From Candidatus Poribacteria bacterium (GTDB taxonomy: Bacteria > Poribacteria > WGA-4E > WGA-3G): 64,000 nt of DNA. Positions 1 through 8,386 of this stretch are shown here, one piece after another. The stretch lies in the NCBI GenBank assembly GCA_965209095.1, contig OZ242381.1:6141-70140 (forward strand), read 5' to 3'. Every line of letters starts with the position of its first letter. Position 1 is the first letter of the stretch. The notes under the pieces were generated by a model, which saw only the letters and a list, made by a program, of their open reading frames with translations, was not told the DNA's origin and did no database searches. Made by a program: the position numbers and the translations under genes.

Positions 1-775
1 AATTATCTATAGAATGGTAAAAATAACACGAAAAAGATCGCGTAAATCCTCACGAAGTCGCAGGAGGTCCATCGTTGACTGATGACAGCAACGGAACCTA
101 ATCTAATGTCCAAAATACGCTCACATAAATGTTAATCAGATCCGTCATAACCTGAATAACATTCAAATCCTTATGGTAATTTCTTTTGAATGGGGGTTTA
201 AAATATAATTACAATAGGATCCATGTGATATTACGGACATACCTGCATGAATATGTCATCTAAAATCTCATAGAGTCATGGAAGTTTCTGAGAAACCGCA
301 GCATCTCAGCAATTGGTAAAACCATGCCTTTGTTGCGAAAACACCAGTCTGTAAAACTGGAACTTGTTAAGCCATATTTGGGTTTTGCATTCCACGTTTT
401 GTCCACTTCTTGCTGCCCAGTTGCAGTTCGTATCACATAAATAAACCTGAAGGTGAAATGTCATGATAACACAATACGACAGGAGAATATCACAGTCCGA
501 ATTAAGAAATGTTCCATTTATCACATGGGTTATGATGACGTATATCTACACCATCAATAATACATATCAGGACACCAAAAAACTAAACAACAAAACGTAC
601 CGGATCAAAAAATTGAAATTCCCAGAAATTCGCACAAAAAATCACTCACAAACCTATACACAGATGGGGCTCACAACCCGGTACGAAAAACCGTACCAAA
701 ACCGTACCGTAACACAAAAAAACGCACTTTACGGTACGGTTTCAAAAAGCATAAAATAGCATGAGTAAAAAACGC

Positions 776-1009
776 AAACCAAATTACCCTGGACCTTTAC
801 CAGAGACATTCAGATGCTCAAATCACACAGCTGTTATCTGTTGTGACACATCAACTCGATATCACACTCACACAGCAACCTGTGTCTGACAAAACGAATG
901 AAATCCCTATTGCTTCACGCATCCTACAAGCGTTTGATGTCACAGGCAAATATTTTGCAGCAAAACCTAAAGAAGCACTCACGCTTTTAGGAGCAAACAT
1001 CGACAATTG
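776..1009 (+). pseudogene. ISAs1-family transposase internal fragment; no start codon, truncated
   Basis: The frame ending NIDN* reads ...QQPVSDKTNEIPIASRILQAFDVTGKYFAAKP..., which resembles the KSNEITAIPELL..IVTIDAMG block of ISAs1 transposases. There is no ATG, and an unrelated 42-codon ATG-ORF overlaps it. The fragment follows an A-rich low-complexity tract. Confidence 0.35.
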
Positions 1010-1194
1010 AATGCTTCTGGAGATAACTCAGAACCAATCAATTGTTTTTTCTGACTCAATCACCAAATATACCCGATTAAGCGGATAGTATTTGGTGGGT
1101 TCTTGTATTCCTCCAATGTATAATTGAATCGGATATAAAGAGGTATAGAGACCCAGTGCTACCATGTGTGATTGTGCGGGAACGAAACCTTGAT

Positions 1195-2658
1195 CTACAA
1201 TGGGTTTTTGGAGTTGATACTTTCTAATACCTCCAGACATGATTTGCCATTTACCAATTGATGATAATACTGTGCGACGCGTTTGCTAAAATCTGGATTA
1301 TGACTCAATGCTTTTTCCGGTGTAGCATTCTGAGGTGACCAAAGTGTTGCATTGGAGAAGATAGTATTGAGTCGGTTTGCTACATCTGAAATGCTTGCTC
1401 CGAATGCACCTGTGAGAACATCCTGTATCGTTCTATTTGGGTCACGGATTTCGTATTCTGTGCCAATATCTGTAATGCCTCTATAATCGTCATCACCAGA
1501 GATAATAGATGGAGTCAGAAAGCGGAGGACTGTGGCAAAGGAATAGGCGAAATCGGATTTGAATAGTTCTGTGCTATTACGGTAGTTCGGTGAGCGGACG
1601 ATATCTGCTGCACGTTCACGGAGTTTCACTGTTTCAATGATATTTATCCGTGCGTTGTCATCTTTGACGCGACGGATTCGATCAACAAATTCCAGCGCAT
1701 AAGCTTCCGCACTTTTGCCTGCAATTGGAATGTCTGCTTGGACGATTTCAGCGTAACCTTTCATCAACCTTTCCAGATGTGGAGCGAACAGTGGATGCTC
1801 TGCAGCTTCGTTCACATATTCAAACCCAGCAAGAAAACCTTTGTGCGTAATTCCCGGCACGTGCACGGAATTGACGAGTAGCAGTTTCCAATCGTGATAA
1901 GGTTCAATACTCTCTTGTTTGACAACAACCCCATAGTCGTCAAGTTCTGCAAAGGGGACGCGCAGTTTATTGTCTATGTCTTCAAGAATGAGCGGGGTTG
2001 CAGGCATCTGCTCTGCATAAGTTATAAGATCGTCTGAACCTTCTATCTGTGCTTGTGCTGCTTCCTTTATGTCATCGGGAACTGCATAGACTTGGGGGAC
2101 AAGCCGATCTCCCATCTCATTGAGAAATCCGACTTTGGTATCCAACCATTTTGTGTAATCATCGGTGCGTTTTGGATATTCATTGCATAGAATATCTCGG
2201 ATAACGTCTCCATTATTTCGTAGGTTGTCGGTATTGACAACACACAGCGGAGTATCTGCTCCATGCTTGCAATAGTAGCGATATAAGGTTTCATCTAACA
2301 CATCCATTGCAAGTTCGCCTTTTGCGATGCCTGCTTCGGTTACACCAATGAGAATAAGGTCTAACGGATTTTCGGTTTGTGCGTAGAATTGTTCGCGTCC
2401 GTCCTTTGTTGCGAGGGTTGTTGCACCGACTACACTTGAAATCTGTTGGATGTCATGTATTCCGCCAAGGTCAAATGTGACGACATGGTATACTCCATTT
2501 TGTCTGTTAAATGCATCTGCTTTCTCTGTGCCTGTCGGTTGTCCAATATAGATTCCTCCGTTATACAGTTTCCTTTGGTTGAGGATATGAACGAATTGAT
2601 GTGTTAAGGCGCGTTGTAAACCACCCGCACCGATAGCGAGTATTTTAGTTGGAAGCAT
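1195..2658 (-). CDS. mannitol dehydrogenase family oxidoreductase (UxaB/UxuB-like long-chain polyol/aldonate dehydrogenase)
   Basis: 487 aa. N-terminal Rossmann segment KILAIGAGGLQRAL. C-terminal helical domain contains a vDRI motif (EFVDRIRRV). The size matches tagaturonate/fructuronate reductases. Confidence 0.65.
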   Translation of the reverse strand: MLPTKILAIGAGGLQRALTHQFVHILNQRKLYNGGIYIGQPTGTEKADAFNRQNGVYHVVTFDLGGIHDIQQISSVVGATTLATKDGREQFYAQTENPLDLILIGVTEAGIAKGELAMDVLDETLYRYYCKHGADTPLCVVNTDNLRNNGDVIRDILCNEYPKRTDDYTKWLDTKVGFLNEMGDRLVPQVYAVPDDIKEAAQAQIEGSDDLITYAEQMPATPLILEDIDNKLRVPFAELDDYGVVVKQESIEPYHDWKLLLVNSVHVPGITHKGFLAGFEYVNEAAEHPLFAPHLERLMKGYAEIVQADIPIAGKSAEAYALEFVDRIRRVKDDNARINIIETVKLRERAADIVRSPNYRNSTELFKSDFAYSFATVLRFLTPSIISGDDDYRGITDIGTEYEIRDPNRTIQDVLTGAFGASISDVANRLNTIFSNATLWSPQNATPEKALSHNPDFSKRVAQYYHQLVNGKSCLEVLESINSKNPL

Positions 2659-2759
2659 GTGTTTGTCTGTTCTCCTTTTTGTCTTGCGTTCTTATGTCAA
2701 TATGGGATTCTCGGTTCACACATTAGTGAAAAATGTAAGAGGCGCAATCAATTGCGCGA

Positions 2760-3950
2760 CTACGAACCGACTTTATCTGATATTAGGATTTTGTCATAGA
2801 GTGTGAGATATTCCTCAGCGATGTTTTTCCAATTGTAACGTTCATTCTGTTTTAGCATTTCTATACTTGCATTGCCCATTTCAAGCCGTGTTTGTCCTGC
2901 GTCTATGAGTTTGATGATACATTCTGCGAGTCCATCAACATCACCTGGGTTAAACAAGGCACCGTTGACAGTATCTGCGACGAGTTCGTCAATTCCTTGA
3001 ACGCGACTGGCGATAATCGGCAGTCCTGTTCCCATCGCTTCTAATACGACAAGTGGCATGCCTTCTGCGAGTGAAGGTAAAATGAAAATGTCTGCGTCAC
3101 GGTATTTCTGTGGTAATTCTGGATATTCCACCGCACCTGTGAAATGGATATAAGAATTCACGTTAAGGTGCTTTGCTATATTTGTGAGTTCTTCCTCATA
3201 AGGTCCGTCCCCTACGATCTCAATCTCAAATTTATGCTTCGCTCTTTCAATGACGTGTGGTAGTGCGCGAATGAGAAATTGAAATCCTTTGCGTGGAATG
3301 AGTCTGCCGATGGATAAACACCTTACTACTTTTGGGTGTGCCTCACGCTGTGTGGGTTCAAAACTGTCAGGGTCTAAACCGTCCGGTATGATGTCTATGT
3401 TGACATTTTTGTCGGTTACATGTGCTAAGTCTTGTAGTCCTTCACTACAGGAAATGACCGCTGCCGCATCCTTCCATATTGCACGGATAATTGGTTTTAG
3501 TATCAGGTATAACCATCGGTAGTAAGGTGGATCGGGGTCTGGACGTGGTACGTCTCTCCCTCCTAAAAAGACGACATAGGGGACATTTCTGAATTTCTGT
3601 AGCAGATAAGCACCGCCTCCTGCGGGTATTCCGAAAAAGACTTGGACGATATCTGGTTTGAACTGCTTTGCGAATTTCAATCCGTAGATGCTGGAACTGA
3701 TTGCGTAGGTGAACATCTCATGCACCGCACAGACATTTGGATTTTTGCGAAGGGCGGGGACACGATGTATATGTATGCCATCCACTTCCTCCATGCTTTT
3801 GCAATCACGGAATTGTGATGTGATGAGATGTACATTGTGTCCTGCAGTAGCGAAATGCTTGCCTAAATAATAACTGACCCAGCCACCACCACCGCCTATA
3901 GGTGGGAATTCGTGATTGAACATTAGGATTTTTCGTTGATGAGAAGTCAA
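2760..3950 (-). CDS. GT4 family glycosyltransferase (group 1)
   Basis: 396 aa. N-terminus KILMFNHEFPPIGGGGG, then EGMPLVVLEAMGTGLPIIAS (E-x7-E region). Likely TTG start immediately after the RimK stop (taattaaTTG), which suggests translational coupling. Confidence 0.8.
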   Translation of the reverse strand: MTSHQRKILMFNHEFPPIGGGGGWVSYYLGKHFATAGHNVHLITSQFRDCKSMEEVDGIHIHRVPALRKNPNVCAVHEMFTYAISSSIYGLKFAKQFKPDIVQVFFGIPAGGGAYLLQKFRNVPYVVFLGGRDVPRPDPDPPYYRWLYLILKPIIRAIWKDAAAVISCSEGLQDLAHVTDKNVNIDIIPDGLDPDSFEPTQREAHPKVVRCLSIGRLIPRKGFQFLIRALPHVIERAKHKFEIEIVGDGPYEEELTNIAKHLNVNSYIHFTGAVEYPELPQKYRDADIFILPSLAEGMPLVVLEAMGTGLPIIASRVQGIDELVADTVNGALFNPGDVDGLAECIIKLIDAGQTRLEMGNASIEMLKQNERYNWKNIAEEYLTLYDKILISDKVGS

Positions 3951-4859
3951 TTAATTACCCGCACCTTTTTGGATGTGATTTTCTGCTAATTGCACAGCAA
4001 AGTCAATCATTGATTTTGCGATATTTACTCCCGAAACGGATTCTAACTCCTCAAATCCGGGGGACGGGTTGACTTCAAGGATGACGGGTCCGTTTTTTGT
4101 TTTCATTATATCCACGCCAGCGATGTCTAATTGCAATGCGGATGCGGCATCAATTGCAATTCGTTTGTTTTCGTCTGTGAGTGTGATCTGTGTTCCATAA
4201 GCCCCTTGATGTATGTTTGATCGAAATTCTCCGGGGCCTGCGTATCTTTCCATGGCTGCGATAATATTTCCACCTACTACGAGAACGCGGATGTCTACAC
4301 CTGCCGCTTCTGCTATGAAGGATTGAATGATGTAGTCACGATGTAGGTCACACATTGCTTCTATCGTTGAGGTGAGAGATGTTGGTGTGTCTAATAACAT
4401 CACACCGATTCCGTGCGTGCCGTAAAACGGCTTTATGATGTAAGGATAATCTCCTATTTCCTGTGAAGTGTCTTCTAAATAGGTCGCTGAACCGACGGTG
4501 AGACTGGGTGGAATCGGTAATCCGTGTTGTGCAAGGGTTCGTAGTGATTTGAACTTGTGTCGTGCTTCTGCGATTGCGTTTGCCGTATTGACAACGGGAA
4601 TTCCGAGCCATTCATAGTGTAGGACGACCTCTCCTCCGTATCGTGCTGTTGCACTTGAAAGCCTTGGAATGACGACATCATAATCTTCTGCTGGTTCACC
4701 GTGGTATGTGATTCGGTGTCCGTTTCCACCGATTTGTAGGTAGAATCCGAAAGGGTCACAGACATCGGCTGTGTGTCCTGCTTTTTGGGCAGCTTCTACG
4801 AGGCTGCGGGTTGAGTGATTTTGGGGTCCACGGGATAGGATGGCTATTTTCATGGTCAA
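3951..4859 (-). CDS. RimK-family ATP-grasp ligase (alpha-L-glutamate ligase-like)
   Basis: 302 aa. ATP-grasp motifs YPYIIKP..GTHGIGV, DIRVLVVGG, GVDIMKTKNGPVILEVNPSPGF. The length is typical of RimK/LysX/CofF-type ligases. Confidence 0.8.
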   Translation of the reverse strand: MTMKIAILSRGPQNHSTRSLVEAAQKAGHTADVCDPFGFYLQIGGNGHRITYHGEPAEDYDVVIPRLSSATARYGGEVVLHYEWLGIPVVNTANAIAEARHKFKSLRTLAQHGLPIPPSLTVGSATYLEDTSQEIGDYPYIIKPFYGTHGIGVMLLDTPTSLTSTIEAMCDLHRDYIIQSFIAEAAGVDIRVLVVGGNIIAAMERYAGPGEFRSNIHQGAYGTQITLTDENKRIAIDAASALQLDIAGVDIMKTKNGPVILEVNPSPGFEELESVSGVNIAKSMIDFAVQLAENHIQKGAGN

Positions 4860-4860
4860 G

Positions 4861-5106
4861 ATGGTTTTCAGTTGTTAGTTATCAGTTTTCAGTTGTTAGT
4901 TATCAGTTTTCGGCTATCAGTTTTCAGTTTTCAGTTAATTTCGTAGAGATACACGGTACGGTTAAGAAACTGCAAATCAAGAAATCAACGCTACAAATGC
5001 CATTATTAGTTATCAGCTTTCAGTTTCGGCTATCAGTTAATTTCGTAGAGATACACGGTACGGTTAAGAAACTGCAAATCAAGAAATCAACGCTACAAAT
5101 GCCATT
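4861..5106. repeat. intergenic microsatellite (agttatcagttttc-type) followed by two direct copies of a ~72-bp unit (4933-5004 and 5035-5106)
   Basis: Direct reading shows agttaatttcgtagagatacacggtacggttaagaaactgcaaatcaagaaatcaacgctacaaatgccat twice, separated by ~30 bp. Upstream, tcagtt-containing short units are iterated. Confidence 0.85.
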
Positions 5107-5172
5107 TAGGCATTTGGCGGATATGAATGCTATATAGCATTCCCCGCCTTCCGTTTTTGAGTATGTCTTGTG

Positions 5173-6204
5173 TTAACTACTTTGGTATGTTTCCTTCAGA
5201 AAGTCGTCTAACTCCTGATATGTGTCGAAGATTTTATCGCATAGGTTTTCAAAGAAGATACTGCGGGTTTCGTTGTAGACAGCATATACGGGTTTGTTGT
5301 GTCGTGTTGCATAGTTCATTTCGCTGAGAACGCCGGGAGATAATTTGTCTGTCGGATAGATGACTACGACGAAATCGCTCTGATGGACAAATTGATAATC
5401 GCGCGAGATGGTTCGGGTTTTTATCTGCTCAATTACTTGATCGTCTAATTCGCTCATTGTTTCGGGGACATCTAAATCTTGGTCGTCATTTTCTGCTTTT
5501 GAGAAGGTGACGAGTGCCATATCCTTGATTGCAAGCGGATCGAAGCAGATGTATGACCGGGACAGTTTCTTACCTAGCTCACGAATTTTCTTTATCTCTT
5601 CTGGTGTGTCTCTTAGCAGTGTTATCGGATAACTGAGATAGAATTTGGGTTTGTCTGTAAAGAGCAGTTCATAGAAATTAGCGAGGTCGTGTTGGCGTGC
5701 GACGGTGTAATACGGTTTTTCTGTGAGATGGGCGAGGTGTCTGGTGAGGAATTCTTCCTCGTCTAACCAGACATTGAGTGCTGTTTTTTGTAGTCCTGCC
5801 CACTGTGCATTTTTTTCCATCCGTCCGTAGATGTCTGCGATGTTGTCTACTACGTTGATGAACATATCGGGTGGGAGGATTTCTATGTCTTTGAATGTAA
5901 ATCCTTCCAGTAGACTGCCTCGCCATCGGAAACAGGCGTGCAGCCCGATGATTGCGTGTTGATATGCTTGTGCATCTCGTGCGATTTCGTAGAATGCGTT
6001 GCGACGTGCTAAGGATAGGACTGCTGGGTCTGAGTCCAGGACCTTCTCTGTGAAGTGGACACGTGCTTCTGCTGCGACTCGGTGCATGTAGTCACCGATG
6101 TTGAAGAAGCCGATGTTGAGTTGTCGTTGAACGCAGAGTGCTTCGAAGTCTTTGATGAGTTCTTTGCGTCCTGAACAACTGATGCCTGTGCAGATGATGT
6201 TCAT
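5173..6204 (-). CDS. hypothetical protein; degenerate P-loop-like N-terminus and C-terminal nucleoside 2-deoxyribosyltransferase-like (Rossmann) domain
   Basis: 343 aa. N-terminal IICTGISCSGRKE is a near-Walker-A. C-terminal SDFVVVIYPTDKLSPGVLSEMNYATRHNKPVYAV resembles the NDT/LOG-like fold. First gene of the co-directional cassette with RimK, GT4 and the MDH-family gene. Confidence 0.4.
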   Translation of the reverse strand: MNIICTGISCSGRKELIKDFEALCVQRQLNIGFFNIGDYMHRVAAEARVHFTEKVLDSDPAVLSLARRNAFYEIARDAQAYQHAIIGLHACFRWRGSLLEGFTFKDIEILPPDMFINVVDNIADIYGRMEKNAQWAGLQKTALNVWLDEEEFLTRHLAHLTEKPYYTVARQHDLANFYELLFTDKPKFYLSYPITLLRDTPEEIKKIRELGKKLSRSYICFDPLAIKDMALVTFSKAENDDQDLDVPETMSELDDQVIEQIKTRTISRDYQFVHQSDFVVVIYPTDKLSPGVLSEMNYATRHNKPVYAVYNETRSIFFENLCDKIFDTYQELDDFLKETYQSS

Positions 6205-6470
6205 TGTTTCGTAACCTTTACCTATTCTGAAACTCCACTCTCATAACTTATTCCTGTGCTATCTGAGTAGGTAGACTTTCAATAATGCGTGCGGTTTAGA
6301 CGCTGACAGGAATAATGTGCTTTATTGCGGTGACAAGGTCACACGGGTCATCAAACTAACCGTTTAGGTTCATTTCGGTGATTGCTGTTTACCGGTGGTA
6401 GGCGTTTGGTTCTGGAAGTATTCCTACGAAAAAGCACAATTACATCAATTGACTGCATAATTGAGTGACA

Positions 6471-6680
6471 CTATTTTTGCTGTGTTTTCGGTGAAACAGA
6501 ATTAGATATGTCATTGTTTCTGTTATCCTTAACGTCAGTGTTTTCCTGATTGATTTCGTTATTCTGTATTTCAGCTTTTGCAGCTTCATAGCCTTTACGA
6601 TAACCGTCTTCTCTTGCTTTTTCAATTATCTTATTTCGTGTATCAAGATAGTTTCGAAGTCGCGTAAACATGATATCCAA
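6471..6680 (-). CDS. small hypothetical charged/coiled-coil protein
   Basis: 69-aa ORF in an AT-rich intergenic island, directly downstream of the small membrane ORF at 6688-6900. It could be spurious. Confidence 0.2.
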   Translation of the reverse strand: MDIMFTRLRNYLDTRNKIIEKAREDGYRKGYEAAKAEIQNNEINQENTDVKDNRNNDISNSVSPKTQQK

Positions 6681-6687
6681 TCCTTCC

Positions 6688-6900
6688 TTAAAAATAGTTA
6701 AAATTGTTGCAGATGATAGTACTGTTAGGTGTACTTTCTAAAGTTGTGTAAAGTACATCACGCCATTTTTCTTTGTCAATAAATTTTTCATGTAGAAATA
6801 TTCCAGCAAAGATTAACACCCCAACAACTGTGAAAAAAAGCATGGCATTCTCAGTACTTCTGGTGGTAAACAGCGTTGATCTATTGTTCTTTTCCTCCAT
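6688..6900 (-). CDS. small hypothetical membrane protein (one TM helix)
   Basis: 70 aa with one hydrophobic helix FFTVVGVLIFAGIFL. No known motif. Confidence 0.25.
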   Translation of the reverse strand: MEEKNNRSTLFTTRSTENAMLFFTVVGVLIFAGIFLHEKFIDKEKWRDVLYTTLESTPNSTIICNNFNYF

Positions 6901-6988
6901 AAAGATCCCTCGTTACAATTCCAAACGACACTATAAATAAATAAAATACCACAATTTGTGTTTATGCGTCAAGCAAAAACAAATAGAT

Positions 6989-7012
6989 GGGGTGTGTAAA
7001 GTTTTTGGCACA
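6989..7012. repeat. solo terminal repeat of repeat family A (gggtgtgtaaagtttttggcac)
   Basis: Matches the left TIR of the family A elements at 14288, 34921 and 43224. No partner hairpin or right TIR is seen here. Confidence 0.6.
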
Positions 7013-7053
7013 ATGTCGGACATTATGGTGAATTGCAGGATATGTTTAGCACA

Positions 7054-7258
7054 TTTTAGTCCCGTAGGGACGGAATGTATATAGAAAACGTGTAGCCTCC
7101 CGTTTTTAGTCCCGTAGGGACGATATGTCTATCTTTCTATGCCGTTCCTATGGAACTCAAGAGGGGTGGTACACATTTTTTCTATAAACATATCGTCCCT
7201 ACGGGACTAAAATGAAGGTTATCAACGTTATCTATAAACATATCGTCCCTACGGGACT
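7054..7258. repeat. inverted-repeat cluster (family E): two forward copies of ttttagtcccgtagggacg(a)atgt and two reverse copies tctataaacatatcgtccctacgggact
   Basis: Forward copies at 7054-7080 and 7104-7128, reverse-complement copies at 7181-7213 and 7231-7258. The core gtccctacgggac is itself palindromic. MITE-like or REP-like. Confidence 0.8.
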
Positions 7259-7405
7259 GAAGAACGAAACTCATATTAAAATAATCCTTAAATTGACACA
7301 TTAGGGTTTAGCGTTGCTCTGCTTGACAGAAGAATTTTAGATTTTGTTAGACCAATAACCATTCACAATTATAACATTATAACGTTATAACGTTATAATG
7401 TCTAT

Positions 7406-7891
7406 TCACTCAGTGTTCTCTGTATCCTCAAGATCGGTTAAGTCTTCAACATCAGCAATATCCGCCAACATTCGAGAATATTTACGTAATTCCTCTTGTA
7501 GTGCAGCCAATTCGTTGCGAAAAACGGTACGTTCTGTTTCGTCCTCAAAGTCTCCTGCTATGCTTTTTCGGTGCCACTTTGCGGTAAACGGACGAATTAC
7601 TTGGTTGAGAACAACAATTGCGATTTTTGTAAAGTTAATACATTCCGGTCCATATTCTCTGATAACTTCTCTTGTCGTTTCGAACAGTGAATAGACACTA
7701 TCCAAAGCAGCTTTTTCATCGCCGTGTTCAATAGGTAATGGTTGCGTCGTAATCCGAGTAAGTAATTCAATATAGAGTGCCCAAGCGGCATTTTTGTCTG
7801 CATCCTTTGGAGTCCACTCCATTTGCAGGAAAGGAGGCTCGATTTTCAAAGATGTCATTCCCCATTTTTCAAGCCAATTTGAGAAATTCAT
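7406..7891 (-). CDS. hypothetical protein (acidic C-terminus), downstream partner of the HigA-like gene
   Basis: 161 aa with no recognisable motif. It lies 66 bp downstream of the antidote-like HTH gene on the same strand. Confidence 0.45.
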   Translation of the reverse strand: MNFSNWLEKWGMTSLKIEPPFLQMEWTPKDADKNAAWALYIELLTRITTQPLPIEHGDEKAALDSVYSLFETTREVIREYGPECINFTKIAIVVLNQVIRPFTAKWHRKSIAGDFEDETERTVFRNELAALQEELRKYSRMLADIADVEDLTDLEDTENTE

Positions 7892-7957
7892 TTGCTTCTA
7901 TCCTTTACTGCTGTGTAGTTGTGTCGATCACTATCCATTTGTTCCTTTTGCCTGTAA

Positions 7958-8365
7958 CTAATTTTCTGCTATCTGTGTCAATGTGTTTTGTGTCTCTAAC
8001 ACATCGGTGTACGCTTCAAGGCTTAGGTTTTCAGGGTCTATCGGTTGGATTGAGAGTTGATAACCAAGTGCTTTAAGGACAGCTGTAAGAACATCAATCA
8101 AAGGTGCATCTTCATTAGACAGGACTTTTGAAAGCACTTGTGGGTCCATATCTGTCTGCTTTGCCAGTTCAGAAATACCCCCCTGTGCTTTGACAACGGT
8201 ATGAAGAGATCTTAGAACTACTGTCGAATCTTGAAAAATTTGATAATCTTCAAGGATAGCTTGGAGATAGTTTATTGCGCTTTCCCTGTCAGCAAGTTTT
8301 TCAATGAGGTACTCGCGCCATTTACCCATTTTTCTCACTGATGTGTCTCCTTGTATTCTTGTCAA
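7958..8365 (-). CDS. HigA-like HTH 'addiction module antidote' family protein (XRE-type DNA binding)
   Basis: The C-terminal GGISELAKQTDMDPQVLSKVLSNEDAPLIDVLTAVLKALGYQLSIQP matches the antidote-protein HTH pattern (..LS.LA...G.sR..L.K.L....P....L.kvlkALGl.L...p). Confidence 0.6.
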   Translation of the reverse strand: MTRIQGDTSVRKMGKWREYLIEKLADRESAINYLQAILEDYQIFQDSTVVLRSLHTVVKAQGGISELAKQTDMDPQVLSKVLSNEDAPLIDVLTAVLKALGYQLSIQPIDPENLSLEAYTDVLETQNTLTQIAEN

Positions 8366-8386
8366 TATATTTGCCCTATCTAATTG

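Noticed and set aside
463-759. 98-aa ORF in the A-rich tract, and the ORF at 306-524 (-)
   Set aside because: Lys/Thr/Asn-rich low-complexity translation of A-rich DNA. No motifs and no RBS. Likely non-coding remnant DNA next to the IS fragment.
4933-5106. Possible CRISPR array (two direct repeats with a spacer)
   Set aside because: Only two copies, the repeat unit is ~72 bp (too long), the spacer is ~30 bp with a microsatellite nearby, and no cas genes are present. It is better explained as a promoter-region tandem repeat.
4811-5137. 108-aa ORF with internally repeated peptide (FSVVSYQFS...VNFVEIHGTVKKLQIKKSTLQMP twice)
   Set aside because: This is the translation of the intergenic microsatellite and 72-bp direct repeats. 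No RBS and no genic context. Spurious.
2067-5926. Antisense or nested ORFs within the MDH-family, RimK and unknown-protein genes (2067-2294, 4348-4611, 4475-4765, 5678-5926, 3289-3522)
   Set aside because: They lie entirely inside longer, motif-supported genes on the opposite strand or frame, and several have Arg/His-rich composition typical of spurious frames.
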